A stretch of 64,000 nt of DNA. Origin: Verrucomicrobiota bacterium (lineage in GTDB: Bacteria; Verrucomicrobiota; Verrucomicrobiia; Verrucomicrobiales; Verrucomicrobiaceae). The position numbers and the translations under genes were made by a program. The DNA is taken from NCBI GenBank assembly GCA_040387935.1, contig JAZKCU010000027.1:9474-73473 (forward strand), written 5' to 3'. Below, in pieces: positions 19,885 through 29,418 of this stretch (positions within the stretch are counted from its first letter, which is position 1; each line of letters begins with the position of its first letter). The notes under the pieces are model-generated. The model had not been told where the DNA came from and made no database searches. It saw only the letters and a list, made by a program, of their open reading frames with translations.

Positions 19885-22869
19885 TTGCCCATGCTGAGAC
19901 CTCTCGCACTCGCCCTCACTGCCGCTTTGCCTGCGGCTGCCGTCGATTTTGTCAAAGATGTGCAGCCCATTTTGAGAGAGCGCTGCCATGCCTGCCATGG
20001 TGCGAACAAGCAGGAGGCGGCCCTGCGCCTGGATCACAAGCCGAGCGCGCTGAAGGGCGGCGACTTCGGGCCCGCCATCAAGCCCGGGCACAGTGCGGAT
20101 TCCGTGCTCGTTCATGCCATCGAGGGGCGTAATCCCAAGCTGCGCATGCCGCGCAAGGGCGATCCGCTCTCCAGCGCTGAGATCGCCACGATCAAGGCAT
20201 GGATCGATGCTGGAGCCGAGTGGCCGGAAAGCGCCAGCGTGAAGCTGGAGACGAAGGTGGATCACTGGGCCTTCAAGCCGCCGGTGAAGCCGAAGGTGCC
20301 CGATGTGGGTGTGAGGCACCCGATTGATGCCTTCATTCAGGATCGTCTGGCGAAGGAGGGGCTGAAGCCTGCGCCGAAGGCTTCTGAGGACAAGCTGGTG
20401 CGTCGTTTATATCTAGATCTTGTGGGACTGCCGCCGGAGATCAATGAGACCCATGGGTCTCATAAGACCTATGAGGAGCAAATCGACAAACTCCTCCAAT
20501 CCCCGCACCACGGCGAGCGCTGGGCACGCCATTGGCTGGATGCGGCACACTACGCGGACTCAAACGGCTATGAAAAAGACCCCATGCGCTTCATCTGGTT
20601 TTACCGCGACTGGGTGATCAATGCCTTCAATCGTGATCTGCCCTATGACCAGTTCATCATCCAGCAGATCGCTGGCGACCAGCTTCCGAAGGCCACGCAG
20701 GACCAGATCGTGGCCACGGGATTTCTGCGGAACTCGATGATCAATGAGGAGGGTGGCATCGATCCCGAGCAGTTCCGCATGGAGGCCATGTTTGACCGCA
20801 TGGACACCATCGGCAAAAGCGTGCTCGGCCTCACCATCGGGTGCACGCAGTGTCATAACCACAAGTATGACCCGATCTCGCAGGAAGAGTATTACCGCAT
20901 GTTCGCCTTCCTGAACAATGACAACGAGCCCTGGCGCGTGGTCTACACGGGCAGCGAGCAGATGCAGCGCGCGCAGATCCTGCAGCGCACCCGCGAGCTG
21001 GAGGAGATGCTGAAGCACCACAACCCGGACTGGCAGGCACGCATGGCTGAGTGGAAGAAGGCTCTCAAACCACAGCCCATGTGGACCACGCTGACCTTTG
21101 AAGAAGACACCAGCGGTGGTGAAAAGGCCCTGCGCCAGCCCGACGGCAGCATCCTGGCCCAAGGCTACGCCCCAACCAAAAGTGAGGTCAAGTTTGTGGT
21201 CAAGGTGGGGCACGCTTCCAGCTTACCCGGTGCAACCAAGATGGTTGCACCGCCTACCATCTCCGCCTTCCGCCTGGAACTGCTGAATGATCCCAACCTG
21301 CCCGCTTATGGCCCAGGTCGCTCCCAGAAAGGCACCGCCGCGCTCACCGAGTTCACCGCCACGATGAAGATCGATGGCAAGGAGACCACACTGAAGTTCA
21401 CCAAAGCCACCGCTGATTTCGGTGAACCTGAAAACACACCGATCCCGGGCTTTGCCATGGATCAGGACACGGCGAAGGACAAGCGTGTCACGGGCCCGAT
21501 CGCCTACGCGATCGATGGCAAGGCTGACACCGCCTGGGGCATCAATGCAGGCCCGGGCCGACGCAATGTGCCGCGCAACGCGGTGTTCGTGCTGGAGAAG
21601 CCCATCGAGGTCAAAGCCGACTCCGAATTGACCATCGGCCTCAGCATGAAGCACGGCGGCTGGAACAGTGACGACCTGCAGACCATGAACCTCGGTCGAT
21701 ATCGCATCAGCGCCACCAGCGCGGCCGATGCGGAGGCTGACCCGCTCTATGGCAAGAAGGCAGAGTTCCCCGTCTTCCGTCAAAGCGTGGCCGATTGGAA
21801 GAGCGTGAATGACGAGATCGAAGCGCTGTGGAAGCAGCACCCCGAAGGCAGCACCACGCTGGTGCTGGATTCCCGTGATGAGCCGCGCATGACCAGCCTG
21901 CTGAAGCGTGGCGACTTCCTCAAGCCGGGCGACCGCGTGAGCACGGGTGTGCCGTCCATGCTGAACGCGCTGCCAAAGAATGCCGACAGCTCACGCCTCA
22001 CCTTTGCCAAATGGCTGGTGTCCCGTGATGCACCCACCACGGCGCGTGCCTTTGTGAATCGTGTCTGGCAGTCCTACTTCGGCATCGGTCTGGTGGAGAC
22101 GCCGGAGGACTTTGGCATCCAAGGCGCGAAGCCAAGTCATCCGGAGCTGCTCGACTGGCTGGCGTGCGAGTTCATGGAACACGGCTGGAGTGTGAAGCAT
22201 CTGCACAAGCTCATCGTCACCAGTCACACCTACCAGCAGGACAGCCGGGTCACGGCTGAACTGCTGGAGAAGGACCCTTACAACCGCCTGCTCGCACGCG
22301 GCCCGCGCTTCCGTGTTGAAGGCGAGATCGTAAGAGACATCCAACTCGCCGTCAGCGGCCTGCTGAATGACGAGGTCGGTGGTCGTGGTGTCATGCCTCC
22401 TGCGCCGGAGTATCTTTTCCAGAAGCCGGTGAGCTATGCGCCCTTTCCCTGGAAGGTGGAGGAGACGAACCAAAAGTATCGCCGCAGTGTGTATGTATTC
22501 CGCCGTCGCAGCACCCCCTATCCCTTCCTGAGCACCTTCGATGTGCCGAACGGTGAGGCGAGCTGCATCAAGCGCGCCCGCAGCAACACCCCGCTGCAAG
22601 CCTTGATGACCCTCAATGAAACCCTGAGCCTCGAAGCTGCCGAGAAACTGGCCCAACGCATGACCGAGGCCGGCAAAGGCGATGACAAGGCCGCCATCGC
22701 CCACGGCTTCCAGCTCTGCACCTACCGCCAACCTAACGAAAAGGAGTCAGGAATTCTGCTCTTTCTCCTCCATCAACAGCGAAAAGACTCCAACACCGAA
22801 AGCCTGCCACCAATGACCACAGTCGCAAGAGCCCTGCTAAACCTGGACGAGACAATCACGAAGGAATAG
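19885..22869 (+). CDS. PSCyt1 / DUF1549 / DUF1553 domain protein (Planctomycete-type cytochrome c family)
   Basis: Signal peptide, then N-terminal CHACHG (PSCyt1). A second Cys-containing segment is GCTQCHNHKYD. Length of 994 aa is typical of the family. Confidence 0.75.
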   Translation: MPMLRPLALALTAALPAAAVDFVKDVQPILRERCHACHGANKQEAALRLDHKPSALKGGDFGPAIKPGHSADSVLVHAIEGRNPKLRMPRKGDPLSSAEIATIKAWIDAGAEWPESASVKLETKVDHWAFKPPVKPKVPDVGVRHPIDAFIQDRLAKEGLKPAPKASEDKLVRRLYLDLVGLPPEINETHGSHKTYEEQIDKLLQSPHHGERWARHWLDAAHYADSNGYEKDPMRFIWFYRDWVINAFNRDLPYDQFIIQQIAGDQLPKATQDQIVATGFLRNSMINEEGGIDPEQFRMEAMFDRMDTIGKSVLGLTIGCTQCHNHKYDPISQEEYYRMFAFLNNDNEPWRVVYTGSEQMQRAQILQRTRELEEMLKHHNPDWQARMAEWKKALKPQPMWTTLTFEEDTSGGEKALRQPDGSILAQGYAPTKSEVKFVVKVGHASSLPGATKMVAPPTISAFRLELLNDPNLPAYGPGRSQKGTAALTEFTATMKIDGKETTLKFTKATADFGEPENTPIPGFAMDQDTAKDKRVTGPIAYAIDGKADTAWGINAGPGRRNVPRNAVFVLEKPIEVKADSELTIGLSMKHGGWNSDDLQTMNLGRYRISATSAADAEADPLYGKKAEFPVFRQSVADWKSVNDEIEALWKQHPEGSTTLVLDSRDEPRMTSLLKRGDFLKPGDRVSTGVPSMLNALPKNADSSRLTFAKWLVSRDAPTTARAFVNRVWQSYFGIGLVETPEDFGIQGAKPSHPELLDWLACEFMEHGWSVKHLHKLIVTSHTYQQDSRVTAELLEKDPYNRLLARGPRFRVEGEIVRDIQLAVSGLLNDEVGGRGVMPPAPEYLFQKPVSYAPFPWKVEETNQKYRRSVYVFRRRSTPYPFLSTFDVPNGEASCIKRARSNTPLQALMTLNETLSLEAAEKLAQRMTEAGKGDDKAAIAHGFQLCTYRQPNEKESGILLFLLHQQRKDSNTESLPPMTTVARALLNLDETITKE

Positions 22870-22974
22870 CTCCAAGCTCCCAAGCTCTCGCAATCTCACG
22901 TTGGAGTGCAGGCTTTAGCCGCTCTGGGATCAGGGCATCGAAACCTCACCGCCCCCCCAGATCGTCTAAAGGCT

Positions 22975-23448
22975 TCACTCCAACACCTGCTTGCGACCTT
23001 GTGCCACGGAACCACAAGGCCAGTAGACGACGGCGAAAATCATGGCCAAAAGCGAAGGTGTGCTTGCGGCATCGTGCAACCTTAACCGCGTGACTTCCAA
23101 CTCCTTGTCGAAATAGGTCTGGGTGAATCCCAGGCTTTCACCGAAGGTCAGAACCAGCAGGCTCAAGATCAGGATAGTGGCAGCAGGACGACGACTTTCA
23201 TACCACCATGAACGAGCCCGAGACCAACGAAACAACAGTCCCATCAGAAGAGCCAGAGGCATTGCTATCACAGTCAGAAAAGTGGCTATGATCGGAGTTC
23301 CGATGATTGATGTGATGCCGTCATAGTCATTCATCAAAGCCATAAAGCCAAAGATCATCCAAAGGATGAAGGCTGCCCGCCTGTAGCTTGGGCGTGGAGT
23401 CACGTCTGCAACGCCTGGGCCAGGCAGAGATTCGGAGTCAGTGCTCAT
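22975..23448 (-). CDS. hypothetical membrane protein
   Basis: 3-4 predicted TM helices (IIATFLTVIAMPLALLMGLLF etc.). Start chosen at MSTDSES to avoid overlap with the upstream gene; the start is uncertain. Confidence 0.35.
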   Translation of the reverse strand: MSTDSESLPGPGVADVTPRPSYRRAAFILWMIFGFMALMNDYDGITSIIGTPIIATFLTVIAMPLALLMGLLFRWSRARSWWYESRRPAATILILSLLVLTFGESLGFTQTYFDKELEVTRLRLHDAASTPSLLAMIFAVVYWPCGSVAQGRKQVLE

Positions 23449-23476
23449 GAGCGGGTTCTGCTGGCCATTGCTTACC

Positions 23477-24901
23477 TCACGTGTTCTTCCAAGCCTTCCA
23501 GCAAGAAACAAACCCCTTCGCAAAATCCTGCGGCCGGGCGTTGATCCAGCTATCCAGAGTCTCGGGGGAGAACCATTGGCCGCAGGCGACTTCCTCAGGG
23601 AAGGGCTTCATGGGGCCGTTGTGGCGGGCTAGGTGAAGCTCCACGAACTCGTGATCGGTGTGCTCGCCAGCGGAGAGTTGGGCGACAAGCTCGGTGCTGG
23701 TGATCTCGATGCCGACTTCCTCCCGCGTCTCGCGGATAGCACAGGCGGCATAGCTTTCACCCACGTCCAGATGGCCGGCGGCGCTGCTGTCCCATTTGAG
23801 AGGTGACACGTCCTTCAGATGCGAGCGCTTTTGCAGGTAGATCTCGCCGCGTGCATTGATGACAAACACATGCACCGCGCGATGCAGCAGGCCGCGTGCA
23901 TGCACCTCGCCACGTGGAAGCTGCTGGACGACCTCGTTGCGCTCATTGACCACATCAAACATCTCCGTGGCTTTCTGGCCGGCGTCTATGCCTGTGCGAT
24001 TTTCATAGATGCGGCTGATCTGCACCCATTCCTCGATGCTAAGCTCTTCAGCACGCAGCGTGGCGGGTTTGCCAAGGGCATCCACCAGGGCTTGCCAGCC
24101 GCCGGGAGCTTCAGGCAGGAGGTTCTTCATCTGCTTGCGACGCTGGCCGAAGCCGAGACGAACGAGGCGCTCAAACATGCGGCGGTCACACACGGGCAGG
24201 GTGCGCGGATCACGCGGTGTGAAGCGCACGATGGCGCTGTCCACGCGTGGCTTCGGACTGAAAGCTTCAGGGCCGATGACACGGAGCATTTCCACATCCC
24301 AGTCGCGCTGCACCAGGATGCTAAGCGCGCCGTAGCCGTCCTGGCCGACCTTGGCCGCAAGGCGGTCACAGACTTCCTTTTGCAGCATGAAGACGGCCTT
24401 GGTGACCGGCGTGGGCGGCGTGAGCAGATGCTTCAAGATCTCGCCACCGACTGAGTAAGGCAGGTTGCCGATGACCCGGACGTCGCCATGGCGATACCAG
24501 CCGCGCGTGTCCACCTTCGTGGCATCCTCATGCATGACCATGACATCCTCACGGCTCGCGAAGCGCTTCTGCAGCTCCGGGCCGAGGGCATGGTCCTTCT
24601 CGATGAGAAGAAGCTGCTGGGAGCGTCCAACCAACTGTTGGGTCATCGCCCCAAGGCCCGGGCCGGGTTCCACCACGAAAGGCGCGCCATCCGGCTCGAT
24701 CTGGTCCGCGATCCAGTGCGCCACCTCGTCATCGACGAGGAAGTTCTGCCCCATGCTCTTGCGTGGCGCCACCTCCTGGCCGCTGATGATGCGTGTGCTG
24801 CTGCGTTTGCCTTGACCTTGGGATCTCATGTCCCTGAGATGCACGGGAGAGAGCGCGGATGCAAGCGGTGGCTGAGCAGGGCGGGAAAGCGGAACAAACA
24901 C
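23477..24901 (-). CDS. bifunctional fusion: 16S rRNA (adenine1518/1519-N6)-dimethyltransferase KsgA/RsmA (N-terminal) + NUDIX hydrolase (C-terminal)
   Basis: One uninterrupted ORF. KsgA motifs are MGQNFLVD, EPGPGLGAMT, GNLPYSVG, MLQKEV and PKVDSA. The following ~170 aa carry a Nudix box GHLDVGESYAACAIRETREEVGI. The true start may be M25 or M50 of the ORF. Confidence 0.7.
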   Translation of the reverse strand: MFVPLSRPAQPPLASALSPVHLRDMRSQGQGKRSSTRIISGQEVAPRKSMGQNFLVDDEVAHWIADQIEPDGAPFVVEPGPGLGAMTQQLVGRSQQLLLIEKDHALGPELQKRFASREDVMVMHEDATKVDTRGWYRHGDVRVIGNLPYSVGGEILKHLLTPPTPVTKAVFMLQKEVCDRLAAKVGQDGYGALSILVQRDWDVEMLRVIGPEAFSPKPRVDSAIVRFTPRDPRTLPVCDRRMFERLVRLGFGQRRKQMKNLLPEAPGGWQALVDALGKPATLRAEELSIEEWVQISRIYENRTGIDAGQKATEMFDVVNERNEVVQQLPRGEVHARGLLHRAVHVFVINARGEIYLQKRSHLKDVSPLKWDSSAAGHLDVGESYAACAIRETREEVGIEITSTELVAQLSAGEHTDHEFVELHLARHNGPMKPFPEEVACGQWFSPETLDSWINARPQDFAKGFVSCWKAWKNT

Positions 24902-24922
24902 CTGGTGCCTTGTTTTTCTTTT

Positions 24923-25003
24923 TTCCCACGGATTCAGGGAGGCCAGCGGATTATTTTTTGAGTGAACAAAGATCTAAAACCCATCTGCTGGCCTCCCTGA
25001 ATC
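24923..25003. repeat. perfect 16-bp inverted repeat (attcagggaggccagc / gctggcctccctgaat) with a 49-bp spacer in a convergent/divergent intergenic region
   Basis: Seen directly. The first arm is followed by TTTTTT. Confidence 0.5.
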
Positions 25004-25025
25004 TGCTGGAAACTTCTTCTCTTCC

Positions 25026-26096
25026 CTACCCCACCAGCTTCAGCGTCTTCTTCTGCTGGGCGCTTTGGAAGGCGGTGTCGACGATCTGCTGGCCGATGCG
25101 GCTGATGGGCAGCGTGAGCGGGCCGATCAAAGGTGCGCCGGTTTCCAGGTGATGGATGAGGTGCTCGATGGGGTTGCGGTTCGGAGCGAGGACTTTGTCC
25201 GCGGTGATCTCGTAACCTTCCGGACAGGCGCGTGTCTGCACGCGCACCTTGCCTTCGTAGTCATAGCAGCTCAGCGTGCCCTCGCTGCCCTTGATCACGA
25301 AGCCACACTTCGGCTGCGGTTGATGGGTCCAGGGATCGGTGAAGGTGCCCCAGCGGGTCTCGGTGCGGCTCAGGCCGTGCGCATAACGAATGACGGCGAT
25401 GGCGTGCTCATCCACCTCCAGACCGGTTGCACCATACCATGTGCAGGTGACTTCCTCCGGCACTTTGGCACCGAGATGCCAGGTGCCGAGCGTGGTGCCG
25501 TAACCCATGTAGTCGAGCAATGAGCCGCCGCCTTGCGCCGTGCTGTAAAACCAGCTCGCGGCTTTCTCCTCGGCGCTCGGTTCTTTCTCGATCTTGTCCG
25601 CGCCGTGATACAGCGGGCCGCGATTGCCACCGCAGTGCTGGAACTCCAGCGGCTCGCCTATGAGACCTTCCTGAATCAGACGATGCGCGGTCTGTTGCGC
25701 CGCATCCCAGACGAGAGGCCAGTTGATGGTCAGCACCTTGCCGGTGGACTTCATGGCGGCGACCATGGCATCTGCCTCGGGCACCGTGCCGGCGAAGGGT
25801 TTCTCCATGAGAATGTGCGCGCCATAGGGCGCCACCTTTTCCACCCACTCACCATGCTTTGAAGCGGCAGGGCACAGCACCACGATGTCCGGCTTTGTCT
25901 GCTCCAGACAGGCCTTGTGATCGGTGAAGACTTGGTCAGGACGCAGATTGAAATGATGTGCAGCCTCCACCATGCGCTCGGGCTGCTCATCACAGATAGC
26001 CACGATCTCCGCGTTCGGATGCTCGGAGGTCTGCCTCAGGAGGTCACCCATGTGGAAATGGTCGAAGTTGATGCCTGCGATGCGCCAGCGTTTCAT
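25026..26096 (-). CDS. Gfo/Idh/MocA family oxidoreductase
   Basis: N-terminal Rossmann MKRWRIAGINFDHFHMG ... VVLCPAASKHGEW ... EKP motif. Confidence 0.8.
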   Translation of the reverse strand: MKRWRIAGINFDHFHMGDLLRQTSEHPNAEIVAICDEQPERMVEAAHHFNLRPDQVFTDHKACLEQTKPDIVVLCPAASKHGEWVEKVAPYGAHILMEKPFAGTVPEADAMVAAMKSTGKVLTINWPLVWDAAQQTAHRLIQEGLIGEPLEFQHCGGNRGPLYHGADKIEKEPSAEEKAASWFYSTAQGGGSLLDYMGYGTTLGTWHLGAKVPEEVTCTWYGATGLEVDEHAIAVIRYAHGLSRTETRWGTFTDPWTHQPQPKCGFVIKGSEGTLSCYDYEGKVRVQTRACPEGYEITADKVLAPNRNPIEHLIHHLETGAPLIGPLTLPISRIGQQIVDTAFQSAQQKKTLKLVG

Positions 26097-26200
26097 GGAA
26101 GGGAAAAGAGAGAGGTTGTTTTTGACTGACAGAAACCGGCCGCGCCGGTAGTAGGGGACAGCGAAGACGCATCCAACCCGCCGTTTTCTATCAGCACGTC

Positions 26201-27424
26201 ATGATCACCCGCCACTTGTTTCTCTCCGCGCTCCTCAGTTTCGCCCTCATCGGTCAGGCGAAGAAGCCCGAGGCTGCTGCCGAAACCGTCGCAACATCCA
26301 CGCCCGTGGCCGCGGCGATGCAGGCGTTTGTGGACAAGCACGAGTTGGCGGGTGCGGTGACGCTGGTTTGGAGCGGCGACAAGCTCGCCTGCCATGAAGC
26401 GGTCGGCTTTCAGGATCTGGAGAGCAAGACGCCGATGTCCAAGGGCAGCCTCTTTTGGATCGCCTCCATGACCAAGCCTGTCACCGCGCTCGGCATCATG
26501 ATGCTGGTCGAGGAGGGCAAGCTCAGCATTGATGATCCGGTGTCCAAGCATCTGCCGGAGTTCCGAAACCAGATGCTGATCAAGGATAAATCTGCCGAAC
26601 AAACAGTGTTGGCGAAGCCCGCGCGCGAGGTGACGATCAAAGACCTGCTCACCCACACCAGCGGTCTGGTGGGGGCCGGCCCGCTCGAGAGCGGTGCGCT
26701 GGATGTGCTGACATTGAAGGAGGCCGTGCTCACCTATGGTCTGAGCCCGCTGCAGTTTGAACCCGGCAGCCAATGGTCCTACTGCAATCCTGGCATCAAC
26801 ACGCTCGGCCGCATCATCGAGGTCGTCAGCGGTGAGGAATACGCAAAATTCCTGGAGAAGCGTCTCTTCAAGCCCCTGAAGATGAAGGACACCACCTTCT
26901 GGCCCAGCAGCGGCGACCTCAAAAAGCATCTGGCCACCTCCTACAAGCCCACTGCGGATGGCAAAGGTCTGGAACCCACACCGGTGAAGTATCTCACCGA
27001 GCCTTATTCTAACAAAAAGCGTGCTCCGCTGGCCGCTGGCGGTCTCTTCTCCACCGCTGAGGATCTGCTCTCCCTCTATCGCATGCTGCTGAATGGCGGT
27101 GAGCTGGACGGCAAGCGCTACCTCAAGGCTGAGACTCTCGCGCTCATGATCCAGAACCACACGGGTGATCTCAAGGCTGGCTTCGCTGAAGGCATGGGCA
27201 TGGGGCTTGGCTTTCAGATCGTGAAGACTCCCGTGGGAGTGACTGGGACCCTGAGTTCCGGCACCTACGGCCATGGCGGCGCGCATGGGACGCAGGGCTG
27301 GATTGATCCGGTGAAGAAGACGATTCACATTTTGCTTATTCAGCGTGCCGGACTTCAACCGACAGGGGATGCTTCACCGATCCGCCAGGCGTTTCATGAG
27401 GCGTTTGCGGGGATGGGGAAGTGA
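26201..27424 (+). CDS. serine hydrolase, beta-lactamase/PBP4* (class C-like) family, secreted
   Basis: Signal peptide plus the S-x-x-K motif (IASMTKPVTA). Length about 400 aa. Confidence 0.75.
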   Translation: MITRHLFLSALLSFALIGQAKKPEAAAETVATSTPVAAAMQAFVDKHELAGAVTLVWSGDKLACHEAVGFQDLESKTPMSKGSLFWIASMTKPVTALGIMMLVEEGKLSIDDPVSKHLPEFRNQMLIKDKSAEQTVLAKPAREVTIKDLLTHTSGLVGAGPLESGALDVLTLKEAVLTYGLSPLQFEPGSQWSYCNPGINTLGRIIEVVSGEEYAKFLEKRLFKPLKMKDTTFWPSSGDLKKHLATSYKPTADGKGLEPTPVKYLTEPYSNKKRAPLAAGGLFSTAEDLLSLYRMLLNGGELDGKRYLKAETLALMIQNHTGDLKAGFAEGMGMGLGFQIVKTPVGVTGTLSSGTYGHGGAHGTQGWIDPVKKTIHILLIQRAGLQPTGDASPIRQAFHEAFAGMGK

Positions 27425-27433
27425 GGATGTCCT

Positions 27434-28699
27434 TTACCCGCACACCTCCGCAATGCCCAGCCGGACTGCCTTGACCATGCGTTCCATCTCTGCGTTTGTG
27501 ATCGCAAGAGGTGGCATGAGGACGATCGTATCGACGACGGGTCTTGTGAGAAGGCCGTGCTTCCTTGCGGCCAGACAGATTTTGGCGCCGCGCAGTTCCT
27601 CGGGGGGGTAGGGGCCGATCTCGATGCCTGCGATGAGGCCGCATTGGCGGATGTTGGAGACCTGAGGTAGGCTCTTCAAGGAGTTAACCCACTGTGTGAA
27701 TCTTTCGATCTTCGCGGGCAGGTGCTCCATGACACGCTCTTCACGGAAGACCTGGAGGCTGCCGAGGGCGGCGGCGCAGCCGAGCTGGCTGGCGGTGTAG
27801 CTGTGGCCGTAGTAGAAGGCGCGGCCTGCGCCGAGGAAGCCTTCAAACACGCGCTCCGTGGTCATGGTGGCGGCCATGGGGAGATAGCCGCCGGTCAGAC
27901 CTTTGGCGAGGCAGAGGAAGTCGGGGATGACATCTTCCTGCTGGCAGGCGAACATACTTCCGGTTCGGCCAAAGCCGGTCATGACTTCATCCAGGATGAG
28001 AAAGATGTCACGCTCGCGGCACCAAGCGCTGAGCTTTGACAGCATGCCCTGGGGCCAGAGGCGCATGCCGGCACTGCCTTGGATCAGGGGTTCGATGATG
28101 ACGGCGGCGAGAGACTTCGTCTGTTCGACGGTCAAGAGGTCAAGAGCGTCAAAGTTAGGGGCGCGGAGCGCTTTGTAGCCAAAGTCATTGCCACTGCCTT
28201 TGAAGACGGGGATGCCGCCGACGCTGGCGGCGCCGAGGGTATCGCCATGGTAGGCTCGGTCGAAGGCCAGGATGGTAGCGCGCTGCTCGTGGCCGTTTTG
28301 CTTCCAATACTGCAGGGCCATGCGCATGGCGCACTCGATGGCTGTGGAGCCGTCATCGGAATAAAACACGCGGCTCAGGGCGCTGCCGGGCAGCAGGTCC
28401 ACGAGCTGCTTGCCGAGCTGGATGGCGGGCTCGTGCGTGAATCCAAGGAAGGAGGTGTGCGCCACACGGTCAAGCTGCGCCCGTATGGCGGCATTGATGG
28501 TGGGATGATTGTGGCCGTGGATATTAGTCCAGATGGAGCTGTTGCCATCCAGATACTCGCGGCCTTGCTGATCGGTGAGTGTGCAGCCCTGGCCGGAGAC
28601 CAGCATGAGCGGATCGTGCGCGTCCTCACACCATGCCTGCATGGGGGTGAAGGGATGCCACTGATGGCGCTTTTCGAGCTGAAGGAGTTCGTCAGGCAT
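27434..28699 (-). CDS. bioA: adenosylmethionine-8-amino-7-oxononanoate aminotransferase (class III aminotransferase, BioA-like)
   Basis: N-terminal HQWHPFTPM... matches the BioA pattern. The PLP-lysine region is typical of class III aminotransferases. Confidence 0.65.
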   Translation of the reverse strand: MPDELLQLEKRHQWHPFTPMQAWCEDAHDPLMLVSGQGCTLTDQQGREYLDGNSSIWTNIHGHNHPTINAAIRAQLDRVAHTSFLGFTHEPAIQLGKQLVDLLPGSALSRVFYSDDGSTAIECAMRMALQYWKQNGHEQRATILAFDRAYHGDTLGAASVGGIPVFKGSGNDFGYKALRAPNFDALDLLTVEQTKSLAAVIIEPLIQGSAGMRLWPQGMLSKLSAWCRERDIFLILDEVMTGFGRTGSMFACQQEDVIPDFLCLAKGLTGGYLPMAATMTTERVFEGFLGAGRAFYYGHSYTASQLGCAAALGSLQVFREERVMEHLPAKIERFTQWVNSLKSLPQVSNIRQCGLIAGIEIGPYPPEELRGAKICLAARKHGLLTRPVVDTIVLMPPLAITNAEMERMVKAVRLGIAEVCG

Positions 28700-28724
28700 G
28701 AGGGGACTGGCGGCGGCGTCAGGC

Positions 28725-29315
28725 TCAGCCGCGGCTCCGCTCCAGCAGATTCATCATGAGGAAGGAGAGCATGATCGCTGTTTGCTCGCTTTCACTCGCC
28801 TCACCGACTTGCTCAAGCAGGAAACGTCCTTCAAAGAAAGCCGACTGTTTCGTCAGACGCATCACCGGAGCGCCGTCCACTCGTGAGGCGAGGTACTTGG
28901 GGTGAAACATATACCCGCTGAGGAGCCCGACGGCCGGGATCTCGCTGAGGAAACCGTCCATGAGTTTGGCGAAAGGGTTTTCCTCGCGGATGGAGAAAAG
29001 CGGCTCCGTCACGCCAGGAGCAAAGACATCGTAGTGCGCGCTCCAGATCGAGCGCATGCCACGGCGGCCCACCGCGCCGAGCTCACGACCAGCAGCATCC
29101 CGGAAAGTGTACTTCGCGGACCAGTCAATGATGCGGTCGGCCTCAATGGTGCAGAGCAGTTGCTGGCGGTCGCTGTTGGTGTGGACCTCCACCTTTTCTT
29201 TCAGGCGAAAGAGCTTTTGCTTCACGTAGCAGACCTCGTTTCCGGCGGAATCCGTGACGTAAATCTGGGGGGAGAGGGCCAGCAGCTTGAAGCGGAAGGT
29301 AAGCGGGTAGTTCAT
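28725..29315 (-). CDS. hypothetical protein (possibly LURP-one-related/tubby-like beta-barrel fold)
   Basis: About 197 aa, beta-rich, no TM helix. Lies 26 bp downstream of bioA on the same strand. The family assignment is only a guess. Confidence 0.35.
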   Translation of the reverse strand: MNYPLTFRFKLLALSPQIYVTDSAGNEVCYVKQKLFRLKEKVEVHTNSDRQQLLCTIEADRIIDWSAKYTFRDAAGRELGAVGRRGMRSIWSAHYDVFAPGVTEPLFSIREENPFAKLMDGFLSEIPAVGLLSGYMFHPKYLASRVDGAPVMRLTKQSAFFEGRFLLEQVGEASESEQTAIMLSFLMMNLLERSRG

Positions 29316-29418
29316 GGGAGCGGATTTATCATGGAGAGAATTCCCTCGGAGAGCACACAAAAAATTCGTCAGGTGCCGTTAAGCGGGTGTCTCTCATTCC
29401 TCACATCGCTGCCACGCC

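Noticed and set aside
26093-27358. 421-aa - strand ORF opposite the beta-lactamase-family gene
   Set aside because: The + strand gene carries a signal peptide and the SxxK motif. The minus ORF is a low-complexity shadow.
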